In this document: piece by piece, positions 50,447 through 64,000 of the stretch | Layout: each line of letters starts with the position of its first letter | Position numbering within the stretch: position 1 is the stretch's first letter | From: Eledone cirrhosa | Taxonomy: Eukaryota | Direction: 5' to 3' | Length of the DNA stretch: 64,000 nucleotides | Assembly (NCBI GenBank): GCA_964016885.1 | Contig: OZ024740.1 | Span: 361,212,001-361,276,000 of the forward strand | Notes under the pieces: model-generated | Told to the model about the DNA's origin: nothing | The model's database searches: none | What the model saw: the letters and a program-made list of their open reading frames with translations, nothing else | Position numbers and translations under genes: made by a program

Positions 50447-52323
50447 TAGCGAGAATGTAAGGTTTAAGATAAGATCGCCGTATTTTGGGCATGATTTAAC
50501 AATAAACGAAAATACAAGATTTGTTTTGTTTAAGAAATTACGATAGAGAAAATGCGGTGATAGGGGAAATATGATTTTTAGAGAAAAGATATGATATAGA
50601 ATGGTGAAAATATGATATAGTGTGAAATTAGGACATAGAAGTGATTGAATGAATGGGTTCGAATGGAGAGAAGAATCGAGAAAAAATTGGGCATAATTTA
50701 ACAATAAACGAAAATACAAGATTTGTTTTGTTTAAGAAAATACGGTAGAGAAAATGCGGTGATAGGGGAAATATGATTTTTAGAGAAAAGATATGATATA
50801 GAATGGTGAAAATATGATATAGTGTGAAATTAGGACATAGAAGTGATTGAATGAATGGGTTCGAATGGAGAGAAGAATCGAGAAAAATTTGAACGTTACT
50901 TTATACCGAAGGGAACAGCCATCCCAGAAATAGCGAGTTGGCGATTTTGATTAATTTTGGTAGGGTTTTATCTTATATGTATAGAGAGGGAGGGGGGGGG
51001 GGGCAGGAACCAGCATGATGAATGGGTAGGGGGTAGAATATGGGATGGAGCAGAGGTTAAAAGTTTAAATAGGTACTCGAAGATTTGCGTAAAACTTAGC
51101 AAGTTTAACAAATTATATTTAAAGGAATATATAATAGTGATAGCGAGAATGTAAGGTTTAAGATAAGATCGCCGTATTTTGGGCATGATTTAACAATAAA
51201 CGAAAATACAAGATTTGTTTTGTTTAAGAAATTACGATAGAGAAAATGCGGTGATAGGGGAAATATGATTTTTAGAGAAAAGATATGATATAGAATGGTG
51301 AAAATATGATATAGTGTGAAATTAGGACATAGAAGTGATTGAATGAATGGGTTCGAATGGAGAGAAGAATCGAGAAAAAATTGGGCATAATTTAACAATA
51401 AACGAAAATACAAGATTTGTTTTGTTTAAGAAAATACGGTAGAGAAAATGCGGTGATAGGGGAAATATGATTTTTAGAGAAAAGATATGATATAGAATGG
51501 TGAAAATATGATATAGTGTGAAATTAGGACATAGAAGTGATTGAATGAATGGGTTCGAATGGAGAGAAGAATCGAGAAAAATTTGAACGTTACTTTATAC
51601 CGAAGGGAACAGCCATCCCAGAAATAGCGAGTTGGCGATTTTGATTAATTTTGGTAGGGTTTTATCTTATATGTATAGAGAGGGAGGGGGGGGGGCAGGA
51701 ACCAGCATGATGAATGGGTAGGGGGTAGAATATGGGATGGAGCAGAGGTTAAAAGTTTAAATAGGTACTCGAAGATTTGCGTAAAACTTAGCAAGTTTAA
51801 CAAATTATATTTAAAGGAATATATAATAGTGATAGCGAGAATGTAAGGTTTAAGATAAGATCGCCGTATTTTGGGCATGATTTAACAATAAACGAAAATA
51901 CAAGATTTGTTTTGTTTAAGAAATTACGATAGAGAAAATGCGGTGATAGGGGAAATATGATTTTTAGAGAAAAGATATGATATAGAATGGTGAAAATATG
52001 ATATAGTGTGAAATTAGGACATAGAAGTGATTGAATGAATGGGTTCGAATGGAGAGAAGAATCGAGAAAAAATTGGCATAATTTAACAATAAACGAAAAT
52101 ACAAGATTTGTTTTGTTTAAGAAAATACGGTAGAGAAAATGCGGTGATAGGGGAAATATGATTTTTAGAGAAAAGATATGATATAGAATGGTGAAAATAT
52201 GATATAGTGTGAAATTAGGACATAGAAGTGATTGAATGAATGGGTTCGAATGGAGAGAAGAATCGAGAAAAATTTGAACGTTACTTTATACCGAAGGGAA
52301 CAGCCATCCCAGAAATAGCGAGT
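50447..52323 (-). repeat. Higher-order tandem repeat upstream of the RTE ORF (about 2.7 units of about 694 bp, each with two roughly 203-bp subunits)
   Basis: AGCGAGAATGTAAGGTTTAAGATAAGATCGCC starts at about 50448, 51142 and 51834. The internal ATTTAACAATAAACGAAAATACAAG block occurs twice per unit. Confidence 0.9.
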
Positions 52324-52335
52324 TATATATATATG

Positions 52336-52406
<71 letters not shown>

Positions 52407-52407
52407 G

Positions 52408-52616
<209 letters not shown>

Positions 52617-52682
52617 GTTATTCCGGGTTGAATCGGAGGTAACCACAGTAAGTAAGGTACTCAATACATAGCAGAGTATAAC

Positions 52683-52809
52683 AGTTTTAATATAGATGAG
52701 ATTCTACAGGACTAGAACTGTTTCATTCATTAGAAATCATCATTAGAAATCATGATTTCTAATGAATGAAACAGTTCTAGTCCTGTAGAATCTCATCTAT
52801 ATTAAAACT
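52683..52809. repeat. Palindrome with a 13-bp central duplication, built from the 3' half of a hammerhead motif
   Basis: AGTTTTAATATAGATGAG...CATTAGAAATCAT CATTAGAAATCA|TGATTTCTAATG...CTCATCTATATTAAAACT. The minus strand reads TGATGA-TTTCTAATGAAT-GAAA-CAGTTCTAG-TC-CTGTAG. Confidence 0.8.
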
Positions 52810-52836
52810 ATATATATATATATGTATATATATATG

Positions 52837-52867
<31 letters not shown>

Positions 52868-52882
52868 GTATATATATATATG

Positions 52883-52913
<31 letters not shown>

Positions 52914-52926
52914 GTATATATATATG

Positions 52927-53025
<99 letters not shown>

Positions 53026-53142
53026 GTATATAGATATATGTATATATATGTATATATATATATGTATATATATATATGTATATATATATGTATATATATA
53101 TGTATATATATATATGTATATATATATGTATATATATATATG

Positions 53143-53263
<121 letters not shown>

Positions 53264-53368
53264 GTATATATATATATGTATATATATATATGTATATATA
53301 TATATGTATATATATATATGTATATATATATGTATATATATATATGTATATATGTATATATATATATG

Positions 53369-53451
<83 letters not shown>

Positions 53452-53480
53452 GTATATATATATATGTATATATATATATG

Positions 53481-53544
<64 letters not shown>

Positions 53545-53662
53545 TTGGTAAACGGAATAGAAAATGCTGACAAATTGTTCACAGTTGAAAAATGGTTTAA
53601 TTAGGAATAAAAGAGTATTAGTGATTGTATGGGTTAGTATTCAGTTGTGGTTTAAAGTTTTT

Positions 53663-53708
53663 AAGTTTTTACCGGTTGCGCATTTCTAAATGCTTTTCAA
53701 AAATAATT
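53663..53708 (-). ncRNA. Degenerate hammerhead ribozyme motif (U3-A8 core, GAAA changed to GCAA)
   Basis: TTT-TTGAAAA-GCATT(TAGA)AATGC-GCAA-CCGG-TA-AAA: palindromic stem III, weak stem I. Confidence 0.45.
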
Positions 53709-53764
53709 TTGAGATAGAGTGTCCGTGCTGTTTGCTCTGATCTGATTAGTTTTGGGAATTCTAC

Positions 53765-53999
53765 CTGTTTTTATGTTAAAAAAATGGCTCCAGCGTTATT
53801 TTTGTGTTGCAAAAATGCTTGTGGTCAAAACAATTTTGATTGGTCGGTAGAGGTCATGTGAATGTAAAAAGTTGATTTTGCGCCAAGACTGTTTTTATGT
53901 TAAAATGTTAGAAAAGTGGCTCCAGCAAAAATTATGGTCAAAACAATTTTGATTGGTCGGTAGAGGTCATGTGGATAAAAAATTGGTTTTGCGCCAAGA
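53765..53999. repeat. Two imperfect direct repeats of about 120 bp
   Basis: CTGTTTTTATGTTAAAA...TGGCTCCAGC...GGTCAAAACAATTTTGATTGGTCGGTAGAGGTCATGTG...TTTTGCGCCAAGA occurs twice. Confidence 0.75.
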
Positions 54000-54024
54000 T
54001 TGAGAAATGACTCTTTCACAACAA

Positions 54025-54086
<62 letters not shown>

Positions 54087-54155
54087 TAGTAGTAGTAAGG
54101 TGTTCGATGCTGCGATAATAGCCACCAGCGATGTGTGTCAAATGGCTATTAAGAT

Positions 54156-54193
<38 letters not shown>

Positions 54194-54298
54194 ACATACA
54201 CACAGCAGAGTCATTCGAAGGTCAAAAGATATTTTTCAGCTGAAAAGCTGAAAAATATCTTTTGTATATATATGTATATATATATGTATATATATATG

Positions 54299-54367
<69 letters not shown>

Positions 54368-54368
54368 G

Positions 54369-54480
<112 letters not shown>

Positions 54481-54589
54481 GATATGTATATATATATATA
54501 GATATGTATATATATATATAGATATGTATATATATATATAGATATGTATATATATATATATAGATATGTATATATATATATATATGTAT

Positions 54590-57500
54590 TCATAATCAAC
54601 GTTTAACGTCCATATTCCACGCTCGCATGGGTTTGGACGGGAGTTTTCCCACTTGAGGCAAGAGTGGTTGTCTTGCTCGCATAGGACTGTCTGGCGGGTT
54701 TTCTACAGCTGGATGCCCTTCCTAACACCAACCACATTTACAGTGTGGGTCTGGGAGGTTTTTACCGTGTTGCCTACACGGCCACATTACAGCGTGGACT
54801 GTGTTTTTTTGTCATGACACCTACACGACCTCGTTTGTTTCGGGCTGGATGTTGTGGTACCAACATAACTTTACATTGAAAGGGGTGGTGTGGATGGGGT
54901 GGGGGTAGTGGGACGGGGGTGTATTTTGTTAGAGGTGCCTACTGACTGTAGTAGGTTTCACTTTTCACTTAGGTAAGGCGGGTCTTCTGTATAACTGTGT
55001 AGCGCCAAAGACTCGGTCCAGTGACATTGTCTTGGAGAGGTGTAAGTTTGTGAGGTCGGAATTTATCAAGTCGTCGCAGCTTTTTCTGGGTCTACCTACT
55101 CCGTGGCTACCGTCTATTTTTATTGCCCTGCACTTTTTTATACAGCTGTCGTCTTTCATGCGCATCACGTGACCATACCAACGTCGTCTTCTCTCGAGTA
55201 AACAACATCTGATCCCTCTTATTTCTAATTTTTCCCTTAGTTCGTTTATGCTTTGCCGTTCACGTATATTACTATTACACATCCAGCGGAGCATGCAAGC
55301 TTCGTTCCTCTCTAGTCTGCGTATATCCTCTGCACACAATGCCCAGGTCTCACTGCCATGTAACATTGCTGTTCGTATGCAGGCATCATACAGCCTGCCT
55401 TTCATTTTTAGAGAGAACCCTTTAGCGGCCAATAGTGGTATAAGCTCTCTGAACTTTTTCCATCCCGTTCTGACTCTAGCTACTGTACTTTCAGAGCACC
55501 CTTCCCCACTGCTGATTTGTCACCCAGGTAACGAAGCTGTCCACTATTTCTATAGAACCATCTGTGCAATGGAATGAGTTAGTATTCTGTGGACACTTGC
55601 TGCTACTTATTGCACCAGAGCACCGGCCACATATAAAATCTATGTTCTTAGTTAGCTTACCTGTGATCCCACTACATCTTTTATGTACCCATACTTTGCA
55701 TTTGGAACATAAAATGGAGTTTCTACCTACTCCTTTCCTACACAATGAGCATGGCCATTTCCCAGATGGGACCGGTGCCCTATTTTCCTTCCTACAAACT
55801 AGAACTTTAGTCTTAGACAAGTTAACTTTAAGGCCTTTTGATTCTAGGCCATGCTTCCATGTTTGGAATTTCTTCTCTAGTTCAGCCATTGATTCAGCTA
55901 TGAGCATTAGATCATCTGCATATAGGAGTTCCCATGGGCAGACGGTCTTGAACTCCTCTGTTATAGCCTGAAGGGCAATAATAAATAGTAGGGGGCTAAG
56001 GACAGAGCCCTGATGAACACTAACTTTTACGCTAAACTCTTCACTATATTCGTTGTTAATTCTAACCTTGATGACTGTTTCTTTATACATGTCTTGTATA
56101 GCTCTCACAAGCCATTCATCAACACCTAGTTTTCTAAGGGCCCACCAGATAATCGAGCGGGGTACTCTGTCAAAGGCTTTCTCCAAGTCAACAAAAGCTA
56201 AGTATAGGGGGTTACTTTTAGCTAGGTACTTCTCCTGTAGTTGTCGTACAATGAAAAGAGCGTCTGTGGTACTTTTACTTGACACAAACCCGAACTGCAT
56301 TTAGTCTAGATCAATTCGCTCTCTGATTAGTTGCGCTATTACTTTTTCTGTGACCTTCATGACCTGGTGGATTAATTTAATGCCTCTATAGTTACCCCTA
56401 TCTAGGGCATCTCCTTTAACCTTGTAGCAGTTAATGATGATGCTGCTACGCCAGTCCTTCGGAACAACCCCATTCTGTATGACTTGGTTTACTATCTGGG
56501 TGTCCATAGTGTGTCCCACCGTTCCAGAGGCTTTCAGCATTTCAGCAACTATTTCTGAAGGCCCAGCCGCCTTACCCGTCTTCATACCTTTGATTGCCTT
56601 ACTTATTATACTACCTTCGACTAACACTGCTGGTCCCTCTATTGGATCGATCTGGGGGAGACTGTCTGTCTCCCATTTACTCTCCTCATTTAGTAGCCTT
56701 TCGTAGTGACACTTCCAAGCTACCTTCTTATCAGCGTCAGTGATGGCAAGTATACCATTATCATTAAGGACACACTTCTCCCCGATAATATCACGGTTTT
56801 CCTTGACACATTTCCTAGCAATCCTGAACACCTCACGTTTTTGGTCCTCGCGTTGCAGAACATGCTTGAACTTTCTTTCCTCTGCTTCCCTTCTTGCGAA
56901 GTACACTTGTCTCCTAGCTTCCCTCCTGGCCACTTGATAGTCTTCTCTACTTCCCCCCCATACTTTCCAAGCCTGCGTTTTGGCCTTAATTGACTCCTCC
57001 ACCTTAGTATTCCACCACCACGTTACTCTCCTCCTGCCTATAGGCCTGCTCCAGCCACAGACTTCATCTGACGCCATCAGCAGGTTTGCTTTCAGGAATT
57101 CCCACTGTTCCTCTATATTGTACGACTCTAATTGCTCTTCCTTACTGTCGAAAGCATCAAGTAATATGCTTTTAAATTTATGACTGGCTGTGGGGTCCTT
57201 TAGCTTCCATATTTTTCTCCTGAGGATAGTCCTCTTCTGCTGTCGAGTACGTCTCGTCCTGTCTATGAGGTCGCTAATTATCAGTCTATGTTGGGAGGTG
57301 CATTCTTCATGGGGGAGGCATTTAGTGTTTACAACAGACACTCTGTCACGTTTTCTGGTAAGGATATAATCTACCTGGCTGGTATGTTCCCTTGATCTGT
57401 AGGTGATCAAGTGATTGTCTCGTTTTATGAAGTTTGTGTTACAGATAGTTAGGTTATTTGCATCACAGTATTCCAGGATTCTGGAGCCTTCCTCATTTCT

Positions 57501-58115
57501 AGTACCAAACCCATAGCCTCCATGGATTCCATCATAGCCGTCACAATGTTGTCCAACGTGACCATTTAGGTTGCCAGCAATAATTATATAGTCACTGTCG
57601 GTTATTTGGGAGGTAGTGAGCATCAATGTCTCATAGAATCTGTCTTTTATAGCGCCAGGCAGTCCGGATTGTGGTGCGTATGCAGATATTACTGTCACAG
57701 TAGTTCTATTTAGAACAAGTCTTATTTTAATTATTATGTTGTTCACTCTATTTACGTCTATTATCTTATCCACCCATTTTTCTGCTAACATGGTTCCTAC
57801 CCCACCCAGCCCATTGTCATTTCCCACCCAGAAAATCTTATAGCATCGTTTTTTACCCACAATGAATCTAGCAGACCTGCCCCTCCACCTGGTATCTTGG
57901 ATACAGCAAACATCAACCTCCTTACGTTCAAGCATTTCTACAACCTCATTAGAGCGACCTTTTAAGGTGCCTACATTCATGGTACCAACTCTGAAGTTTT
58001 GGATTGCGTTTGGTGGGTGGGGCGCGGGGAAGGGTGAGGGGGATGGGGTTGGGGTTATGTTGGCCATCCGCGGCCGAAACAAAGAGGAAGAGTCCTTGCC
58101 CTTTCGTCTGGCAGC
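54590..58115 (-). mobile_element. Near full-length RTE-clade LINE (APE + RT + PHD finger), inactivated
   Basis: Single ORF from about 58067 to 54969 broken by a TAA at 56303-56301 and a frameshift near 55525. APE motifs plus RT motifs [29 protein letters not shown] and LYADD. 3' UTR ends GGACGTTAAACG before a short (ATG)-like tail. Confidence 0.95.
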
Positions 58116-58152
<37 letters not shown>

Positions 58153-58159
58153 TATATAC

Positions 58160-58214
<55 letters not shown>

Positions 58215-58217
58215 CAC

Positions 58218-58252
<35 letters not shown>

Positions 58253-58291
58253 CATATATATATACATATATATATACATATATATATATAC

Positions 58292-58344
<53 letters not shown>

Positions 58345-58393
58345 CATACATATACATATATACATATACATATATATACATATATATATATAC

Positions 58394-59992
58394 ATCATCA
58401 TCATCATCATCATCAACGTTTAACGTCCGTGTTCCACGCTTGCATGGGTTTGGACGGGGGTAGTCCCACTTGAGGCAAGAGTGATTTTCTTGCTCGCATA
58501 GGACTGTCTGGCAGGTTTTCTACAGTTGGATGCCCTTCCTAACACCAACCACATTTACAGTGTGGGTCTGGGAGGTTTTTACCGTGTTGCCTACACGGCC
58601 ACATTACAGCGTGGACTGTGTGTTTTTTTGTCGTGACACCTACACGATCCCATTTGTTTCGGCCTGGATGGCGCGGCACCAACATAACTTTACATAGAAC
58701 GGGGTGGTGTGGATGGGGTGGGGGTGGGGGTGGTGGGACGGGGTGTATTTTGTTAGAGATGCCTACTGGCTGGAGTAGGTTTTACTATATATATTTAGGT
58801 AAGGCGGGTCTTCTCTGTTACTGAGTACCGCCAAAGGTCTCGGTCCAGTGACATTGTCTTGGAGAGGTGTAAGTGTGTGATGTCGGAGTTTATCAGCTCG
58901 TCCCACGTTTTTCTAGGTCTGCCTATTCCGTGACTACCGTCTATCTTTATTGCCCTGCACTTTGTTATACAGCTATCGACTTTCATGCGCATCACGTGTC
59001 CATACCAACGTAGCCTTCTCTCGAGTAAACAACATCTGATCCCTCTTATCTCTAATTTTTTCCTTAGTTCGTTTATGCTTTGCCGTTCACGTATATTACT
59101 GTTACACATCCAGCGGAGCATGCAAGCTTCGTTCCTCTCTAGTCTGCGTATATCCTCTGCACACAATGCCCAGGTCTCACTGCCATGCAACATTGCTGTT
59201 CGTATGCAGGCATCGTACAACCTGCCTTTCATTTTTAGGGAGAACCCTTTAGCAGCTAATAGTGGTATAAGCTCTCTGAACTTTTTCCAACCAGTTCTGA
59301 CTCTAGCTACAGTACTTTCAGAGCACCCTCCCCCACTGCTGATTTTATCGCCCAGGTAACGGAAGCTGTCCACTATTTCTATAGAACCCTCTGCGCCATT
59401 GAAAGAGCTAGTATTTTGTGGGCACTTGCTGCTACTTATTGCACCAGAACACCGGCCACATGTAAAATCTATGTTCTTAGTTAGCTTACCTGTGATCCCA
59501 CTACATCTTTTATGCACCCATACTTTGCATTTAGGACATAAAATGGAGTTTCTACCTACGCCTTTCCTACACACCGAGCACGACCATTTCCCAGAAGGGA
59601 CCGCCGCCTTGTTTTCTTTCCTACAAACTAGAACTTTGGTCTTAGCCAGGTTAATTTTAAGTCCTTTTGACTCTAGGCCGTGCTTCCATGTTTGGAATTT
59701 CTTCTCTAGCTCGGCCATTGATTCCGCTATGAGTGTCAGGTAGTCTGCGTATAGGAGTTCCCATGGGCAGCCTGTCTTGAACTCCTCTGTTATAGCCTGA
59801 AGGGCAATAATAAATAGTAGGGGGCTGAGAACAGAGCCCTGATGGACGCCAACTTTTACGCTAAACTCTTCACTATATTCGTTGTTAATTCTAACCTTGC
59901 TGACTGTTTCTTTATACATGGCTTGTATAGCCCTCACAAGCCATTCGTCAACGCCTAGTTTTCTAAGAGCCCACCAGATAATGGAGCGGGGG
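58394..59992 (-). mobile_element. RTE LINE 3' half (RT C-terminus, PHD finger, 3' UTR, (ATG)n tail)
   Basis: Open frame [11 protein letters not shown]...[10 protein letters not shown]...YADY...FRYLG...[10 protein letters not shown]...RLT*; 5' end cut by a (TA)n array; (CAT)n at 58393-58413. Confidence 0.93.
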
Positions 59993-60415
59993 ATACATAT
60001 ATATACATACATATATACATATACATATATATACATATATATATATACATATATATATACATATATATACATATATATACACATATATATACATATATAT
60101 ACATATATATACACATATATATACATATATATACATATATATACATATATATACACATATATATACATATATATATATACATATATATATATACATATAT
60201 ATATATACATATATATATATACATATATATATATACATATATATATATACATATATATACATACATATATACATATATACATATATATATATATACATAT
60301 ATATATATACATATATATATATATACATATATATATATACATATATATATATACATATATATATATATACATATATATATACATATATATATATACATAT
60401 ATATATATACATATC

Positions 60416-60448
<33 letters not shown>

Positions 60449-60508
60449 ATATACATATACATATATACATATACATATATACATATACATATACATATAT
60501 ACATATAC

Positions 60509-60545
<37 letters not shown>

Positions 60546-60547
60546 CA

Positions 60548-60659
<112 letters not shown>

Positions 60660-60849
60660 TATACATATATATATATATATTCAGTTATTAGGAGTATTCC
60701 AAAGCTTGGTAGAACAAGTTGTGAGGAAAGTTCTCAACATACGTTAAGGTGACTCGACAGGTTGGTAGGGATTCTGTAGTGGAAACACGAACAAACGAGG
60801 AGTGTAATCAAAGAAGAGAAATAGGACGAAGGTAAACAATTCCAGCTTT

Positions 60850-60950
60850 GTATTTTGAAAATTCGGATGCGACAGTATCTTTCTTGATTGCCTATTATAA
60901 CATAGTGTAGCAATAATGGACTGAAATTCTGATGAAACAATTGTAAATAC
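60850..60950 (+). ncRNA. Type I hammerhead motif (U3-A8 core) enclosed by a 35-bp inverted repeat (60807-60841 / 60970-61004)
   Basis: GTATT-TTGAAAA-TTCGGA...TCTGAT-GAAA-CAATTG-TA-AATAC: palindromic stem III, GUA site. Confidence 0.6.
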
Positions 60951-61080
60951 GTGGATTAAATTATTTTGTAATTGTTTACCTTCGTCCTATTTCTCTTCTT
61001 TGATATATATATATATATATATATCAAGTTGAAAATTGCAAACAGTTGAAAATTGCAAACTCGACTGTCACCACATATCA

Positions 61081-61119
61081 TGAACCTGAAGATTGCGAAA
61101 GCATGAAAGTACTTGTTCA
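61081..61119 (+). ncRNA. Minimal type I hammerhead ribozyme
   Basis: TGAAC-CTGAAGA-TTGC(GAAA)GCAT-GAAA-GTAC-TT-GTTCA: intact core, 5-bp stem I, palindromic GTAC stem III. Confidence 0.8.
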
Positions 61120-61238
61120 ATTAACACTTAGAATTTAATATTCTATCATACTATTTCATTATAATACCATATTATATATATTTTAAAGGATTGTAAATAA
61201 AACGAGTAAATCAGACAAAGTTGGAATTCCTCTTATTA

Positions 61239-61299
<61 letters not shown>

Positions 61300-61315
61300 C
61301 ATATATATATACATG

Positions 61316-61365
<50 letters not shown>

Positions 61366-61480
61366 CATATATATATATACATGTATATATATATATATAC
61401 ATATATATACATATACATATATATATATACATATATATACATGTATATATATATATATACATATATATATATACATATAC

Positions 61481-63405
<1,925 letters not shown>

Positions 63406-63750
63406 TCATCATCATCATCATCATTTCATTTTACGTCCGCTTTTCCCTGCTTGCAAGGGTGGGACGGGAACTGATTCTGGCTTGATTTCTACAGCTGGAT
63501 GCCCTTCCTAACACCAACCTCATTTACAGTGAGTGCTGGGTGCTTTTTTGCTGTGGCACCTACACGACCACTTTGCAGTGGAATGATAAGGACCTCAGTC
63601 CCTATCATCTCATTTCTACAGCTGAGTAAACTGGAGCAATGTGAAATAAAGTGTCTTGCTCAAGGAAACAACACACCACCCGGTCTGAGAATTGAACTCA
63701 CAACCTTTCGATTGCAAGGCCAATGCTCTAACCACTAAGCCATGTGCCTC
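63406..63750 (-). mobile_element. tRNA-derived SINE family B copy inserted into the Penelope 3' end
   Basis: Near-identical to 29270-29609. Its (CAT)n tail interrupts the Penelope terminal sequence, which continues in the 44 kb copy. Confidence 0.85.
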
Positions 63751-63906
63751 CATGTGCCATACATATATATATATATACATATATATATAAGTTGAAAAAA
63801 ATGAAAACGAAAAACGAAATTTCATTTCTCACTCTTAGTATGGCACTTACTTAAATGTAAGTATGTATGTATACGTACATACATATATGTATACAGACGT
63901 ACAGTA

Positions 63907-64000
<94 letters not shown>

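Noticed and set aside
50447-52323. Regular repeats as a CRISPR-like array or coding repeat (duplicated ORFs MYFRLLLN..., MPKIRRSY...)
   Set aside because: Units are long head-to-tail duplicates with no unique spacers, the context is eukaryotic, and the ORFs have no recognisable domain.
53765-53999. CCAAT, E-box and E2F-like motifs in the duplicated block as a host promoter
   Set aside because: Short motifs inside a TA-embedded repeat island with no adjacent host gene; function cannot be supported.

Overview
AT-rich, repeat-dense eukaryotic genomic DNA. The SINE/RTE repertoire and large (TA)n tracts suggest a coleoid cephalopod, probably an octopus (inference). The left two-thirds hold two convergent host genes. 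One is an ankyrin-repeat/SOCS-box (ASB-like) gene on + (main exon 6485-7694, probable upstream exon 5061-5126). The other is a complete 13-exon methionine aminopeptidase 1 (METAP1) gene on - (CDS 40420 down to 12752; 1122 nt, 373 aa, all introns GT-AG and in phase). Introns and spacers contain tRNA-derived SINEs, RTE and CR1/L2-like LINE relics and piggyBac-type MITEs. From about 41.7 kb to the end there is no host gene. This part is made of long interrupted (TA)n arrays hosting three pieces of a young RTE LINE (APE + RT with an embedded PHD finger, tandem-repeat 5' region), Penelope-like element fragments (RT, GIY-YIG) and short non-coding islands. The main finding is that most islands carry a type I hammerhead ribozyme motif (about 9-10 motifs, read by eye). 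Three have the compensatory U3-A8 core, several sit in palindromes or inverted repeats, and several share an RTTGAG motif about 45-55 nt from the (TA)n junction. This looks like a family of (TA)n-targeted, non-autonomous, ribozyme-bearing Penelope-associated retroelements. All folds were read by eye, not computed.
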